Below, one piece after another: positions 49,653 to 62,912 of a DNA stretch of 64,000 nt. Numbering within the stretch: the first letter of the stretch is position 1; every line of letters starts with the position of its first letter. The stretch is taken from contig JANHCV010000006.1 in NCBI GenBank assembly GCA_025594325.1, forward strand, positions 558,001 to 622,000. Direction: 5' to 3'. The notes beneath the pieces were generated by a model that was not told the origin of the DNA, did not search any database, and was given only the letters and a program-made list of their open reading frames with translations. The translations under genes were made by a program, and so were the position numbers. The DNA is from Blastocladiella emersonii ATCC 22665. Lineage: Eukaryota; Fungi; Blastocladiomycota.

Positions 49653-52076
49653 TCAGTAAAGTGGCGCCTTGATCCGAGCGGAATAGACCTTGTGCCGCGC
49701 CTCATCCTCGCGATGCTGGTCCGCGCGGACCAGCTCGAACAGCTCCGCCAGCCGGCCGGCGCGAGCTTCGCCGGAAGAACGGTGCAGGATGTGCTCGAGT
49801 CCCACAAGCGCAACCCGCGACGACGGGAACAGCTTGCCCAGCCTGTTGAGCTTGATGACCAGCCGCTGAGCACAGGCGAAGAGTTCGGGCCCGTCAGCGC
49901 GCGCGCTCGCGCGAATGCACTCCCAGAGGAGCACGCCGTCGTCGACTCGGTTGAGGCACGCGTGGATGCGCGCGGCGAGGTCTAGCGGCGGCGCGAGCAG
50001 CGGGCAGTCGTCGATGCCGTGCGATCGCGGTTGGAGTTGCTTGCCGCGACCCGGCTCGACGTGGGCGAGCGTGGTGCAGTAGTCGCACGTGCAGGCACCG
50101 GGCAGCTGGTTCGGCACGGTAGCAGGATCATGACGTTGAAGGCTGGGACCGCCCGCCGGTCCTGGTGCCGCCGATGAAGATGAGGAGGACGCCGCCGGCG
50201 AGCCCGCGGCGACAGCGGCGAGATCGTGGCCGTCGTCGTCGCCGCGCGGGGACACGGGCAGGCGCGGCGGATCGCGCGGGACACGCGACTCGGCGGGCCG
50301 CACTTGTGCGGGAGGCGCGACGGGCGGCTGCTGAGCAACAACGAGTGGACCGGTGGTGGGCTCGGCCGCTGTGGAGGTCGCAGTGGGTTCGGCGGCGGTG
50401 GGTTCGGCGGTAGCCGGCGAGACCGCGGTGGGCGAGGCGGCGGCCGGTGGCGACGGCACAGAGTACGGGAACCCGCTGCCGCCGTACCGCGGCCCCATGT
50501 GCCGCAGGGCCTCCACGACGTCGAGTAGCTGCGCAATGGCCCGCTCGCGCACGAGGCCGGCCGGCAGGCCCACGAGCTGCATGAGCACATTGCGCGCCGA
50601 CAGGAGAAGACACGGGTTCCGCTTGGACTTGGCTTCCAGCTGCTCTGCGAGCTCCTCGGCACGCCCGACGAGGGTCATTTCGGTCATCCCGGGCCCGGTA
50701 CCGCGGTCGATGAGCCCGACTTCGTAGGCGACCCGCAGCGCCTTTTCGACGAGTTGGGCGACCGTGTCAATGTTCCCGACCGTCGCCGGGTACGCGAGCA
50801 GCGGGCAGCTCGTCGCCTGGTGCGGGAGCACGCCCTGCCACTCGGGAGCGCCGACGGGGGCCATGGGGCGGCAGACCGGGCACACGGGACCGACGAGGGC
50901 GGCGGCGGCGGCTACGGTGGTTGTTGCGTCGGCCGGGATGGGAGCGAGGGGAGGGTAGGGTGTGGCGGGGACCGAGCCGGCCGCAGCGGACTTGCGGTGG
51001 TTGCTCGACCATTTGGTCGAGGAGGAGGAGGACCGGCGCGACGCGCGTGACGACGCTGACCCCGGCGCCGGCGGCGGATGAGCCGGACGAGGTGGGAGCG
51101 CAAAGCGCTGCGACGGGGACCGCGAGTGCTGTTGCTGCAGCTGCTGCGGATGATCGCGTGGCCACCCACTCGGATGCGCCCACTCCGAGACCAATGACGC
51201 AGCGGCGGCGGCGAGCGTGTGCTCGAGGGAGCCGACCGTCGGCGTCTTCTGCTTCTTGGACGGCGACGCCGACGCCGACTTGGGCGAGGAGGGCCATGAC
51301 GAGGCGGTGCGCGACGCGACGGGCGAGTCGCCGGGGACCTCGGGCGCCGTGGCGGCGGGGCGCTTCTTGGACGACTCCTTGGCGGTCGCGGCCGCCGTGA
51401 GGCCGCTCGTCGGGGTACTTGCCGGCGACGAAGCCGAACTCGACGTCGATGATGAAGAGGAAGAGGATGCCGGCGGCGACGGCGTGGACCCGAACGCGGG
51501 CACGACGACGGTGGACACGTAGTCGCGCGGGGGCGCCCGTCGCCGTCGGGGATCCCGCGACGGCGTGTTGGTGAAGATGGCGAAATGCGTTACGGCCGTT
51601 GCGGGTACCGATGGCCGCGTCAGGGCCGCAATCAGGGCCGTGATCTGGTACCGGAACTCGTCGAGCTCCGCCTCCGCGAACGTGAACTGCTGCTCGAGCA
51701 GGGCGCGCTTCTCGTCCGTGTCCGCGCGGCACACGCTGTCCAGTTGGCGCCACTGCTCGAGCGATAGGGTAAACACTTGCGGCATTTGCGGTGGCACGGG
51801 CGCGAGTGTAGGGGAAGATGACGACGACGGCGACGTGACGGCCGCGATCGGGGCCGCAATCTGCTGCTGCGGCGACGCGATGGCGGGGTGCGACATCAAT
51901 CCCAGCAGCTGGCCCGCCATGTAGTCCCGCGCGCGCCCTATGGCCTGCCTCGCAAGCTGCCGTCGTAGCGCCTGGGGCGTCGGGGCGGCGGGCGGCGCGA
52001 ACGCCGACGTTGCGGCGGGCGGCGGGCCCGCGCTGATCGGCGGCGAGGAGGCGCCGGGTCCTTGCATGGGTTGCAT
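49653..52076 (-). CDS. Hypothetical low-complexity host protein (807 aa) with two CxxC...HxxxxCPLL motifs
   Basis: Long ORF with host-like composition; Pro/Ser/Ala-rich linkers; repeated Cys/His motif. Confidence 0.6.
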   Translation of the reverse strand: MQPMQGPGASSPPISAGPPPAATSAFAPPAAPTPQALRRQLARQAIGRARDYMAGQLLGLMSHPAIASPQQQIAAPIAAVTSPSSSSSPTLAPVPPQMPQVFTLSLEQWRQLDSVCRADTDEKRALLEQQFTFAEAELDEFRYQITALIAALTRPSVPATAVTHFAIFTNTPSRDPRRRRAPPRDYVSTVVVPAFGSTPSPPASSSSSSSTSSSASSPASTPTSGLTAAATAKESSKKRPAATAPEVPGDSPVASRTASSWPSSPKSASASPSKKQKTPTVGSLEHTLAAAAASLVSEWAHPSGWPRDHPQQLQQQHSRSPSQRFALPPRPAHPPPAPGSASSRASRRSSSSSTKWSSNHRKSAAAGSVPATPYPPLAPIPADATTTVAAAAALVGPVCPVCRPMAPVGAPEWQGVLPHQATSCPLLAYPATVGNIDTVAQLVEKALRVAYEVGLIDRGTGPGMTEMTLVGRAEELAEQLEAKSKRNPCLLLSARNVLMQLVGLPAGLVRERAIAQLLDVVEALRHMGPRYGGSGFPYSVPSPPAAASPTAVSPATAEPTAAEPTATSTAAEPTTGPLVVAQQPPVAPPAQVRPAESRVPRDPPRLPVSPRGDDDGHDLAAVAAGSPAASSSSSSAAPGPAGGPSLQRHDPATVPNQLPGACTCDYCTTLAHVEPGRGKQLQPRSHGIDDCPLLAPPLDLAARIHACLNRVDDGVLLWECIRASARADGPELFACAQRLVIKLNRLGKLFPSSRVALVGLEHILHRSSGEARAGRLAELFELVRADQHREDEARHKVYSARIKAPLY

Positions 52077-53847
52077 GGTGTAGTGGATCGAGTATCAGCA
52101 GCTTCGTTGAGAGAGAGCGAGAGCGAGAGCGAGAGCGAGAAGTAGCGGATCGGATCGCGAAATATCAGGGCGCGCGCGAGCATGCAGGTCGGCCGAGTGG
52201 GAGACACTTGAGAACGCGTGTCCCACTCACACTATTCGAGCCACTGTCCCCCAACCGCGGCGCGAGCACGGTTCCACGTGAGGGGTGGCGCAGCAGCACA
52301 CCTCGCGTCACATAAATCATGGCGGGTGGCTCAGCACGCGATCCTGCCCGATCGGGCCGCGGTGGCGGTATCAATCACGCGGGCCGACTCGTGCGTGTAC
52401 CTCACGGCGTAAGATCGGGAACCGCTCGCGCGGCGCTGCTCCGAGAGCTGAGCGAGCGCTGAGGGTTCTCCTGATGTCCGGGAGATGTACGACGGGGAGT
52501 GCACGATGGCGAGGGAAAATGTATGCGTGGATCATCGGGTTGGGGAGGTTGCGAGCGAGCGGGAGCGTCGCGGGAGGGTCGCGGGAGGATCTCGGCGAGG
52601 GCCTCGGGAGAAGATGAAGCGGTTAAGGTGACCTGACGCGACTCGGAAAAGGTAGATCTCGCGGGTTAGCTTGGGCGACGACGACGACGAGTCGGTGGCG
52701 GGCCGAGGAACACGACATCACTGTCGATCCGCTGCATGTTCATCAAGTCGATTCGGTCGGCTACATGGTGACGAGGCTACGGATCATCATTGGCCGAAGA
52801 ACGAAGAAAGAGCGGGTGCGCGTCGATCGTCCCGGCGGCAGCAACGGATGCGTCGACGCGTCGCTCACGGCCCCGTGCGCGTGGGATCGCGTGGCGCCGC
52901 CACGATCACCGCTGCCGCCCCCCGGGTCCCGCGCGCGCACGATTGGCTGACCGGCGGTGGCCCGACTTCCGCTGCAGCTCGTCGATCGAGCCTATAACCG
53001 TACGATCGACGATGAGTCCAGCCGTACCAGCAAGTGCAACGGCAGCGGCGAGCACGTCCTCGAACACGCAGGGGGAGGCGTCCTGCCGTCGATCGCTCCC
53101 GCGCGGCCGCGTGTCGGGCGAGAACCGTCCCGTGCCCGCGACTCGTTGCAACTACGCGGTCTAGGGACCAGGACGGTGGGTTTCATGCAGACGGGATGGG
53201 GGGCGGGAGATGCGCGCCCGGACCGCGACCCACAGCTGACGGTGGTCGTCGAACGCGTCCGCGCGCCCACCGCGTGTGTCCACCTCGGCGTCACCCGGAC
53301 GTTCTCGGAACTAGGTCAGCGTACCATGAGAGAGCTTCCACAAGGGTGATGGGGTAGCGGTCGTGAGCGGCGTCGACCGCGACCGCGCGACGCACGCGTG
53401 CGCGCTGCTGGCTCCTCACTGGACCGCGACGAGCGCAACTTCAAGGGGACTCTCGACGAGCATCTCTACAGCAAAATTTTGGCCCCTCATCAGGTCGGGC
53501 TGCCGCCGGCATCCATCACCGGCGGTCAGAGCAGCCGGCGCGCGTGTTGAGCGCTGAGCGCTGATCGCGTTCGTGATGGATTCAAGCGACCCGACTCGCA
53601 ACAAGGCCCGCGAGGGCTCGTGGTGCATCACCACGATGCCGGCGGTCGGTTGCATGAAGATAAATTGTCATTTGTGTGCATGGCGGCTGGCGTTGGAGAG
53701 AGCGTCCGAGCGGGAGCGGCGGCGTGAGGTGAGCGACGCGCCGACGCGTTCCTAGCCACCGACCCGACCTTCACCGTTTGATATGAACGAGGGATAAGTT
53801 ACGTGTATTCAAGTGCACAGTCGGCCCGTCCGTCCTCCTCGCCGCAC

Positions 53848-56800
53848 TTACCGCCCGCGTGTCCGGTACGGCGACTGCGCCGCGGCGACCGAAGCGGACG
53901 CAGCGAGCGACGCGGCCAGCCCGTCCGCCAACGCGCCGCTGCTGCTGCTGCTGCTGCTCGCGCCGCCGCCGCCGTGGTACGCGAACAGCGGAGTGCCCGA
54001 GGACTGGCCGATCGAAGAGGAAGCGGCGCCCGCTGACGACGGTCCAGCGTATGACCGCGGACGCGTGTCCACCGCGGGCGCGTTGCTGGCTTGTGCCGAT
54101 GCCGATGCAGCTACAGCCGCCGCGCGGTTATCGCTCGCGCGAGCGCGGCGCGCACACAGCTCCTCGATAAACTCGCGCACGATATTGATCCGGTGCATGA
54201 AATCCGTCGCGAGCTCGCGCGAGGGCAGCGGGCCGACGGGGATCCGCTCGAGGTGCTGGAGCCGCACGCGGGCGAGGTCCGCGAGCTGGACCGTGTGTTT
54301 GACGCGGTCCTTGTCGATGAGGACGGCGACGCGGCCGTGGTGCGCGAGGAGCAGCTTGACGTGGTCCTTGAAGTTGACCTGGAACACGTGCGTGGAGAGG
54401 CGGAAGACGAGGGCGTCGCCGTGGCGCCAGTGCTTGGCGACGAACTCGAGGTCCGCCGTCTTGGCCCGGTCAATCGCGTGCTCGGCGAGCCGCAGCATGT
54501 TGGTCTCCATGTAGTCGCGGAAGTGGTGCAGCAGCGTCACCTTCTTGGTCAGGTCGGGCGGGTACGACTGCATCGTGTGCGTGTGGCGGCGGAACCCGGG
54601 CGGGCCCTCGGGCGGACCAGGCCGGCGACCCGCGGCCGCAGCCGCCGCGGCCACCGCGCTCGGCACCTGCTGCGGGTACAGGTACTCGAAGTGGTGCTGG
54701 TCGGGCGCCATGACCATGACCGTGTTGTCGTTGAAGTAGACGCCCGTGATGCCGTTGGTCAGCTGGTACCCGAGCCCGAACTTGGACGAGTAGTCGATGC
54801 ACTTGGCGACGTACACGGCGGGCGGCGCCGCGTCGGCCGCGTCGGCGACGCGCAGCGACTCGAGCTTGATCTCGACCACGGCGCCGCCGCCGTCCTGGTG
54901 CGCAAGGTGCCACGCCCGCGACAGGTTGCGGTGCATGGTCTCGACGACGCTGGGCGCCTGCTGCCGCGGCGGAGCCGGGGCCGCGAACGCGGGGGTCGTC
55001 GGCGCGGGCTCAGGCTCAGGCTCCGCCTCCTCCATCTTGGTGTCGACATGCATACGGCTGTCCGCAGCCGCCTGCGCCGCCGCGGCGCGGGCGCGGCCAA
55101 CCATGGAAAGCGGCGAGTCCGGCGCCGCCGCCGCGGCGGTCGCTGACGCGACCATGGCGGACCGCGCGAGGCGCGACTGCTGGCGCAGTTGCTCGTGGTG
55201 CTGCTGCAGCCGCTCGGCCGTCGACCCGGGCGGCATCGCTATGATGTCTTCGTCGTGCCGCGCGAGCCGGCGCGCTGCCGCGTACGGCGTGGTCGTCGTG
55301 GTCGTCGCGCGGAGATCCTGGGCGCTGTGCCGGTGCTGCAGACTGCCCTGGAGGCGGGGCTGTGGCGGCGGCATCTCGCCCGCGGCGGGCGCCGTGATCG
55401 ACAGGTTCATGAACCGCTCGGACCCGGGACTCGCGAGCGCCGCAGCGGGGTCGACGCCGGGGGTGCCCGGGTAGCTGAGCGGGCGCGCGAGCGGGGACGC
55501 CGTCGACGCCACGAGGCTGCTGGCGGACCCGGACCGAGACGGGCCGCGCGAGTAGACGCCCTGCGGCTCGGCGGCGACGGCGAGCCCGCCCGCAGCAGCC
55601 ACATCGTTGCTGCCACTACCGAGCGGGCTCGGCCGGCGCAGCGGGTGTTGCGGCGGGGATCTGGTGGTGGTCGGCGGCGACGTGGTGCGGAGCGGCGGCG
55701 AGGACGACGGGGACCGCGTCGCCGGCTTGAGGCGCTGCGTCGGCGACGGGGGCTTGCCGTCGCGGTAGGTGCCGTTCTCACCGTCGGACCGGGCGGCCGC
55801 CCCCGCGGCCGCGTTGAGGTAGTTGAGGCTGCGCGTGCGCGTGAGCGACGGCGCGCCCGTGGTCGTGGACCGCAGCTGGTGGTCGAGCAGCGCGTTGAAC
55901 GTGCGCGTGTACCCGGCGGGCGCGGCGGCCGAGGACGACGCGGACGGCGAAAAGTGGCCCGCCCCGGCAGCGGTGGAGCCGTGGAAGAAGCGGTCGCGCA
56001 CGGCCAGGTACGGGTCCGCGGGCTCGGGCTGCTGCTGCTGTTGCTGGTAGCGATCGGGCGGCGGCGGGGACGACGACGCGACCATGGGCCGCTGGGCCTG
56101 CGACGCCGAGCCCGACGACGACGGGTACGCGTACGGCGGGGAGGACGACGATGAAGGCGGCGGCAGCTGCGGCACCTGCGGGAGCGGCGGCGGCAAGGCG
56201 GATCCCGTCGGGGACGGCCGGCGCTGTTCGAGGGCGCTGGTTCCGCGCATGTCCGAGTTCTGGTGGTGGCGGATGGTGGTGCTGCCGTTAGTCGATCCCG
56301 AGTTGCCGCCGGCGGGTTCCTGGGTCGGGGGCGGGCTGCGGACGGGGACCGAGGCGGTCATGACGTCGGGGATGGGTTCGGGGTGCTCGGGCTCGCCGTT
56401 ACCGTGGAGCTCAGGGCCCGAGTCGCGCTCGGCGGCGGTAGCGACGGCCATGGCGGAGGCGGCGAGTCGGCCGGACGACGCCTGGCGTGCGAGTCGGCCG
56501 GCGCGGGACGGCATGGGCGGGGTGGTGAGGAGCGCGCGGGAGAGGGCGGGTGGGATCGAGTGGCGGGTGAAGTAGGGGTGCTGGAGGAGCTCGGGGATGG
56601 TTGGGCGGCGCTCGGGTTTCGGGTCGAGCATGCATGTAATGAGGTCACGCGTGTCGTCGTCAATGGGCACGGCGTCGGGGAACGAGTAGTCGTTGTCCTT
56701 GATGCGGCGGTAGATCTTCTTGACGTCATTGGTCTGGAACGGCGGGCGGCCGATGATCATCGAGTAGAGGATGACGCCGAGCGCCCACACGTCGACCTGG

Positions 56801-57976
56801 AACGAGTGCCCGTCGCCCTCGGTGTCGAGGACCTCGGGCGCAATGTAGTTGGGCGTGCCGCAGATGGTTCTACGAGTGCATGCATGCAGGCATGCGCGCG
56901 TGAGTGGCGGTGTGGCAGCAGCGGGCGCAGAGGACGTACTTTTTCCGCTCGTTCTCGGTCTTGATCTCGGTGGCGAGGCCAAAGTCGCCGACCTTGACGC
57001 GCATGTCGTGGGAGAGGAACAGGTTGCCGAGCTTGAGGTCGCGGTGGATGATGTTGCCGTTGTGCATGTACTCGACGGCGCCGAGCAGGTCGTGCATGAA
57101 GAAGCGGGCCTCGGGCTCGGTCAGCCGCTTGCGCGCGCGGACCATGTCGTTGAGGTTCTACAGGCCGACGGGCGGGTGGATCAGCGTCGCGCGGGCGAGG
57201 TTGCGAAGGGTGAGCCCGTACCTTGCTGTCGCACAGCTCCAGGATGATGTAGACGTTGTCAATGTCCTCGAAGTAGGTGTGGAAGTCGACAATGTTGGGG
57301 TGCTGCATGCGGCTGTGGATCTTGATCTCGTACTTGAGCTAGCCGAGCGGGATGGGGAGGATCACGTCAGCCGCCCTGGTCCGTGCGACGGCACGATGAG
57401 CCCAGTGTACCTTCTGGATGTGCTTGTCGTTGTAGAGCGAGACCTTGGCCACGACCTTGACGGCCATGCGCTCGCCGTCCTGGGTCGTCACCTCGTAGAC
57501 GCGCGCGAATCCGCCCTAGAGGGGAACGCATTCATGCTGGTCAGACCTTGGTCCCCGTCCACGGTGCAGCGCAGCGCAGCGCGTACCGTGCCGAGCAGCT
57601 CGCCGCGCTTGTACCGGTAGCCGAGCTTCGGGTGGGTCAGGTACTCTGGCGGCAGCGGCAGCTCCGAGAGCTTGACGGTGCGGCTGCGCGTCTGCTTGAC
57701 CTGCGCGGCCGCCTGCGGCGGGGCAGATGCCGTTGCGGCCGCGGCGCTCGATGCAGGTGCCGCCGCCGCGGATGCCGATGATGCGGGCAACGAGGCGTGG
57801 GGATGAGCGTGCCGAGCGGCGGCGGGCCGGTCGCGGCGTTCGAGCGCGCGCGCCGACTGGGCCCACTCGCGCTGCTGTTGCGCGGCGATATCGGCGGCCG
57901 AGGGCGGCTGGACGGCGCGCGTCGACGACGACGACGGGGCGCCGTAGTCGGCCATGGAGCGCGGGTAGGAGGTCAT
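53848..57976 (-). CDS. CDC5: Polo-like kinase (multi-exon)
   Basis: [39 protein letters not shown]; polo boxes [12 protein letters not shown]...GVYFND and FKDHVKLLL. Confidence 0.95.
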
Positions 57977-58363
57977 GGGATGGTTTTGGGTTGGGGTGAT
58001 GGGGGTGGGGTGGGAGCGCAACGCGCAACGCGCAATATGCGTTCTCTCGGTCCGCTCGCGCGATGGGATGCCCTGGGATCAGCGCGGGATGGCGGGCTCG
58101 CGCACGGGGCGGGAGCGTGGCGGGCGGGCGGAATGCGCCAAGTCGGCGGCGGCGTCGTGTGCTTCGTGGGCGCGAATCGCGGGTGTGCGAGAGCGGGGAA
58201 GGTTTGTGGGAAGGCGCACCCGCCTTCCGCCTCAGGAGACGCCTGCGCGACCATCACGTGCGTGCGCGGCTCCACGCGTAAGCGCTCGCTCTTTCGCCTT
58301 GCTTGTTCCCTCTCTCCCCGACCGAGAACGCACGCTCCACTGCCTGCAACGTAACGAAATACA

Positions 58364-59295
58364 ATGAGCCTGCTCGAGGAACTCAGCGCCAAGGGCGCGC
58401 CCAGCCGCCAGTTCTACGACGACGACGACGCCGACTTTGACGACGCGCTCACTGGCGTCCCCGACCCGACCACCGTGTTCCCGCTCGTCGCCACCGAGGG
58501 CACACTGCCCGCGTCCGTCGACGTGCTGCTGTTTGGCGAGGGCGTCGGCGCCCACGCGATCACGGCGCTCGCCGCCCAGCTGCCCGCGGCGGCGTGCAAG
58601 GCGACCCTCACGCTGACGTACCCTCGCGTACGCTACTGCCCGCTCTCTCGCACTTGGAAGACCAGCTAACGCGATCCCCCAAAACGTAGCCCTATGCCGC
58701 GCACCTGCGCGACTCACCGCTGGTCGCCTCGCTGCCGGTGTACATCCTCCCGCTCAGCGCATCCCGCACCGCAGCGCTGGTCCCGACCGACGCGCTGCAC
58801 GGGTTCCCGCCCGAGCTGTTCACGGCGTTTGCGACGTCGCTCACCAACCCTCTGCAGCCCAAGCGCGTGGTCGCGCTGACGTCGTCCCCGCTCGCGCTGC
58901 TGCCGCGGTCGGACCGCGCCTACGACGAGTACACGGAGGTCGCCGACGACCGCGCCCAGCTCAAGGTGCTGCGCAACCCGGCCGCCAACGCCGTCACGTC
59001 GCCTCGCGCGGCGAACGTCGCCCCGATGCGCGCGCCGTCCGTCGTGGCCGACCTCGCGGGCGCGGTGCTCATCCAGGCCACGCTCGCCAAGGTGCCCGCC
59101 ACGATCCTCACCCTGTACACGGCGCACGTGCGCGGCGCGCCCGAGGTCACGCGCGACGCGGTCGCCGAGCTGCTCGCGGGCGCGACCGCCGAGGCCGGGA
59201 TCGAGCTCGACGCGGCGCGGCTCGCGGCGGCGGTCAAGGCCGCCGAGATCGCGGGCGTCCGGCAGGCGGACAAGTTCAGTCCCATGTACCAGTAA
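58364..59295 (+). CDS. PSMG1: Proteasome assembly chaperone 1 (PAC1)-like, one or more introns
   Basis: Acidic N-terminal YDDDD stretch, PMRAPSVVADLAGAVL...KVPATIL, C-terminal PMYQ. Confidence 0.6.
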
Positions 59296-59382
59296 CTACC
59301 GGCAGCAGCGTCGCGTGGCAGTTTTGTGCGTGTGTGAGTGTGAAGCAGCTAAATGGATCGTATTTGCAGTAACGGCTCAGGA

Positions 59383-59654
59383 CTATCCCGCCTTGTTCCC
59401 GCGGAACCGGTACCGCATGTCGAGCTGCACAGGTCGTGAGTCCGCGGCCATCGGAGCTCGTGCGGGAGAAGACGCACCATCTCGCGCTTGCACTCAAAAA
59501 AGGACCGCTGCAGTTGCCGGCACTCGAAGCCGACCAGGTCCGAGTTCTCGGGCTGCAGGCACTCGGTGAAGGTCTTGCCGTGCTTCTCGATGCACTCGGA
59601 CGCCAGGATGCAGTCGATCATCTCCTGCCGGAGCTTCTTGCACGACGATGACAT
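59383..59654 (-). CDS. PET191: Cytochrome c oxidase assembly factor PET191/COA5
   Basis: Twin CX9C pattern MSSSCKKLRQEMIDCILASEC...C...FFECKREM|LDMRYRFRGNK; one intron. Confidence 0.9.
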
Positions 59655-60065
59655 GGCGAGGTGTCAAGAATCTTCTCGGTGGGCGTGTTGCGGCAAGTCG
59701 TGGGCGGCCGCAATCGGCGAAGAGGTTGATTCGTAGCGGTTTGAGCGGAGAGGGAGACACCATCGAGGCCGAGCGACTCGAGAGTTTTCTGCTGTGGCGC
59801 ACCGACACACGTGGCGCCCGCGAAGATCGCGTTGCGTTGCGTCGCGCAGCGTCGTCGCTTGTTCCTCCCTCGCTCGCGTCGCCTTTCCTCGCTCTCCCTC
59901 CAAGCTCGCACCGAGAGCTTACTTGATACACCAGTAAACGCAACGTGATCAACACCTGGACCTCGCTGCCGTCCCGACCGCGACACGCCCGCCCGCAAAC
60001 CCGTTCCAGCACCGATACCCCTCTCCTCCCGCTCGATACCACCCGCGCTGCATCGCATTGCATGG

Positions 60066-61569
60066 ATGAAGGTCCACACGCGTGAGCTGCTCTTTGCCTC
60101 GTTCAACCAAGACTACTCGTGCCTCGCCACGGGCACGCGCACCGGGTTCCGCATCTTCAACTGCGACCCGTTCGGCCGGTCGCTCGCCCGCAGTACGTTG
60201 CACTGCTGCGATGTGGTCGAGTAGCCCCGCTTACGCATCGAGCCGTAGACGATGGCGGCATCGGCATCATCGAGATGCTCTTCTGCACCTCGCTCATCGC
60301 CCTGGTCGGCGCGGGCGAGCAGCCGACTCACTCGCCGCGCCGCCTGCAGATCCTGAACACCAAGGTGCGACCGTCCGCTGTTCCTCACCCTCGAGCACAA
60401 CTAACGTTCCCCATCAACCGCGAGCGTAGAAGCAGAGCGTCATCTACGAGCTCCCGCTCCCCTCAGCCGTGGTCGCCGTGCACCTCAACCGGCGCCGGCT
60501 CGCCGTGGTCCTCGAGTCGTCGATCCGCCTCTACGACATAGCCAACATGAACCTGCTCTACACCATCGAGCTCAACTACAACCCGAACATGGTCACCGCC
60601 ATGTCGTCGTCGTCCGACCTGTGCTACCTCGCCTACCCGACCTACGTCCCGCCCGGCGCCGGCACCGGGTCCGCGGCTGACGCGTCAGGCGCCGCTTCCA
60701 CATCCGCATCCGGAACCAGCGGTGGAGGCGGCGGCAGCAGCAGCTCGAAGCTCGGGGACATCACCCTGTTCGACGCGACCGCGCTGCACCCCGTGACCAT
60801 CGTGTCCGCGCACAAGGCGCCCGTCGCCGCCATGGCCTTTTCGTCGTCGGGCCGCTACCTCGCCACGGCTTCGGCGAAAGGCACCCTCGTCCGCGTGTTC
60901 GGCGTGCCCGACGGCGCCCCGCTGTTCCAGTTCCGCCGCGGCACCTACCCGGCGCGCATCTTCTCGCTCGCCTTCCACCCGGACGAGTCGCTCCTCGCCG
61001 TCTCGTCCGCCACCGAGACGGTCCACGTGTTCCACCTCGCGCGGCCCGCCGTCGGCGGCGGTTCGGCGGGAGCGGGCGCAGCGGCGTCCACCTCGTCCGC
61101 GCTCACGCAGTACGACCTCGTGACCGCGAGCGGCGGGATGAGCGACGCCGACAGCTTCGGCTCGTCGTCGGCCTACTCCCCGCCTCCACCCGGCACCTCC
61201 GCCATGGGCGCCGCCGACGCCTCGCCCTTCCTCTCGTCCCTCGTCGGCACCGCCGCCGGCGCCGTGTCCTCGCTGTGGTCGAAACGCGCCGCGATCCAGG
61301 CGTACCTTCCCGAAGCCTTTGTCAAGTCGGTCCTGGACCCGGCGCGCGACCTGGTGCGCGCGCGCCTGCCCGCGGCGACCGCCGCGATCGGCGAGCGCAG
61401 CGTCGTCGGGTTCGCGGGGCACCACCTGTTTGTCGTCACGGCCGACGGCACGATGCACGTGTTCGCCATGGACCTCGAGGGCGCGCTCGCGGGGAAGCAG
61501 GATGCCGACGAGTCGGTGCTCGTCAGGCAGCATCGGTTACTTGATGACGCAGGGGCGGCGGGGAGCTGA
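60066..61569 (+). CDS. ATG18: PROPPIN/WIPI autophagy protein Atg18 (multi-exon)
   Basis: [49 protein letters not shown] lipid-binding motif, SATETVHVF. Confidence 0.93.
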
Positions 61570-61608
61570 GATGTGTACAGAAGTTGTATGTAAACACTTT
61601 TCATTCGT

Positions 61609-62912
61609 TCACTTTCGAGACAGCGGCGCGGGCGCGGGCTTACTGCCCAGCGAGAACGACATGGCGGGCCGCTTGCCCGCGGGTGCGAGACCCGCTTGAG
61701 CGGGCGCTGCTGGGGCGGATGTCGCGGCAGCTGGCGCGGGTGGTGGTGGTGGTGGCGGTCGCGCGGGAGCAGTTGACGGCGGTGCTGGCCATGCCGGTGG
61801 TGGCGCTTGGTACTGCGGCATCATGGCGCCGTACTGCTGCGCCTGGTACGCGTACGCGTACGCGTGCTCCTGCTGATGGTGCATCTGGGCGTACGCGTAC
61901 GGGTTCTGCTGGTACTGCTGCTGCTGGGCGTAGTAGGCCGCGTACTGCGCGTACTGCGCCGCCGCGGCATGCGCGGCCATGGCGGCGGCGGCGGCCGCGC
62001 TTGGCGGTGGCGGCGGCGGCGGAACGAGTCCCAGCACCGGTGCGACCGGCGCTGCGGGTTTCAAGCTCGCCCCAGTTGCCGCCGCCATCATCCGCTGAAT
62101 CTCCTTCTCCTCGCGCCTCCTGGCCCTGCGCTCCTCGTCCGTGGCCGCCGTCGGGTTCGCCGCGCGCTCGGCGTCGCGCAGCTCCTTGGCGCGCTTGACG
62201 TGGTGGTGGTCGTAGCTCGACAAATGGTTCTCGAACTCGCCGGCCTTGGCGTACTGCTTGTCACACACGTCGCAGTAGAACTTGCGGCGGACCTCGCGGA
62301 CCTCGGCGTCGCGCTCGGCGTCGCGCGCGACGCGCGACTCGCGCCGGCGCCGCTCCTCGTCGGACTCTTTCTCGAGCCGCTCGGCGACGGACAGCGGGCG
62401 CACGGCGGCGGTCGCGGCCATGGACAGGTCTTGCTCGAGCTTGCCGAGGCCGAGCGTGCCGATGTGGTCGCTGAACGGGATCGGGTCGACGCGGCCTATG
62501 AAGAAGATCAGCGGGCGGTCTCGCGCTAACTCGCGACGAGCGTACCTTTAACGCGGCCGATGCCACTGCCCTCCTTCCACCCGAGCTTCTTGAGCAGCTG
62601 GAACCCCGCGTTGCGCTCGCTGATCGGGACGTGCACCGATGCCTTGGCGGGCGCCTCGTCCTCGCCGGCGGCTTTGTTGACCTCGTCGCGCTTGCCGCGC
62701 GAGGGAGCGCCGAGGCCGGGGCGCGCGACGTGGTCCTCCTCCTCAAACAGGTTTGTTGTCGTGTCCTCCTCATCATCATCGTGCGCACGGGACTTGAACG
62801 GCGAGCGCGGCGACCCCGACCGGGCCGTGGGCGAGCGCGCCGCCGGTTCCCGCGCAGCCGCCACACGCGAGAACGGTGAAGCCGATCGTTCTCTCGTTGG
62901 ACTTGATGACAT
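61609..62912 (-). CDS. G-patch + C2H2 zinc-finger protein (GPATCH8-like N-terminus)
   Basis: NAGFQLLKKLGWKEGSGIG (G-patch), FYCDVCDKQY...FENHLSSYDHHH; one intron near 62490-62545. Confidence 0.85.
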
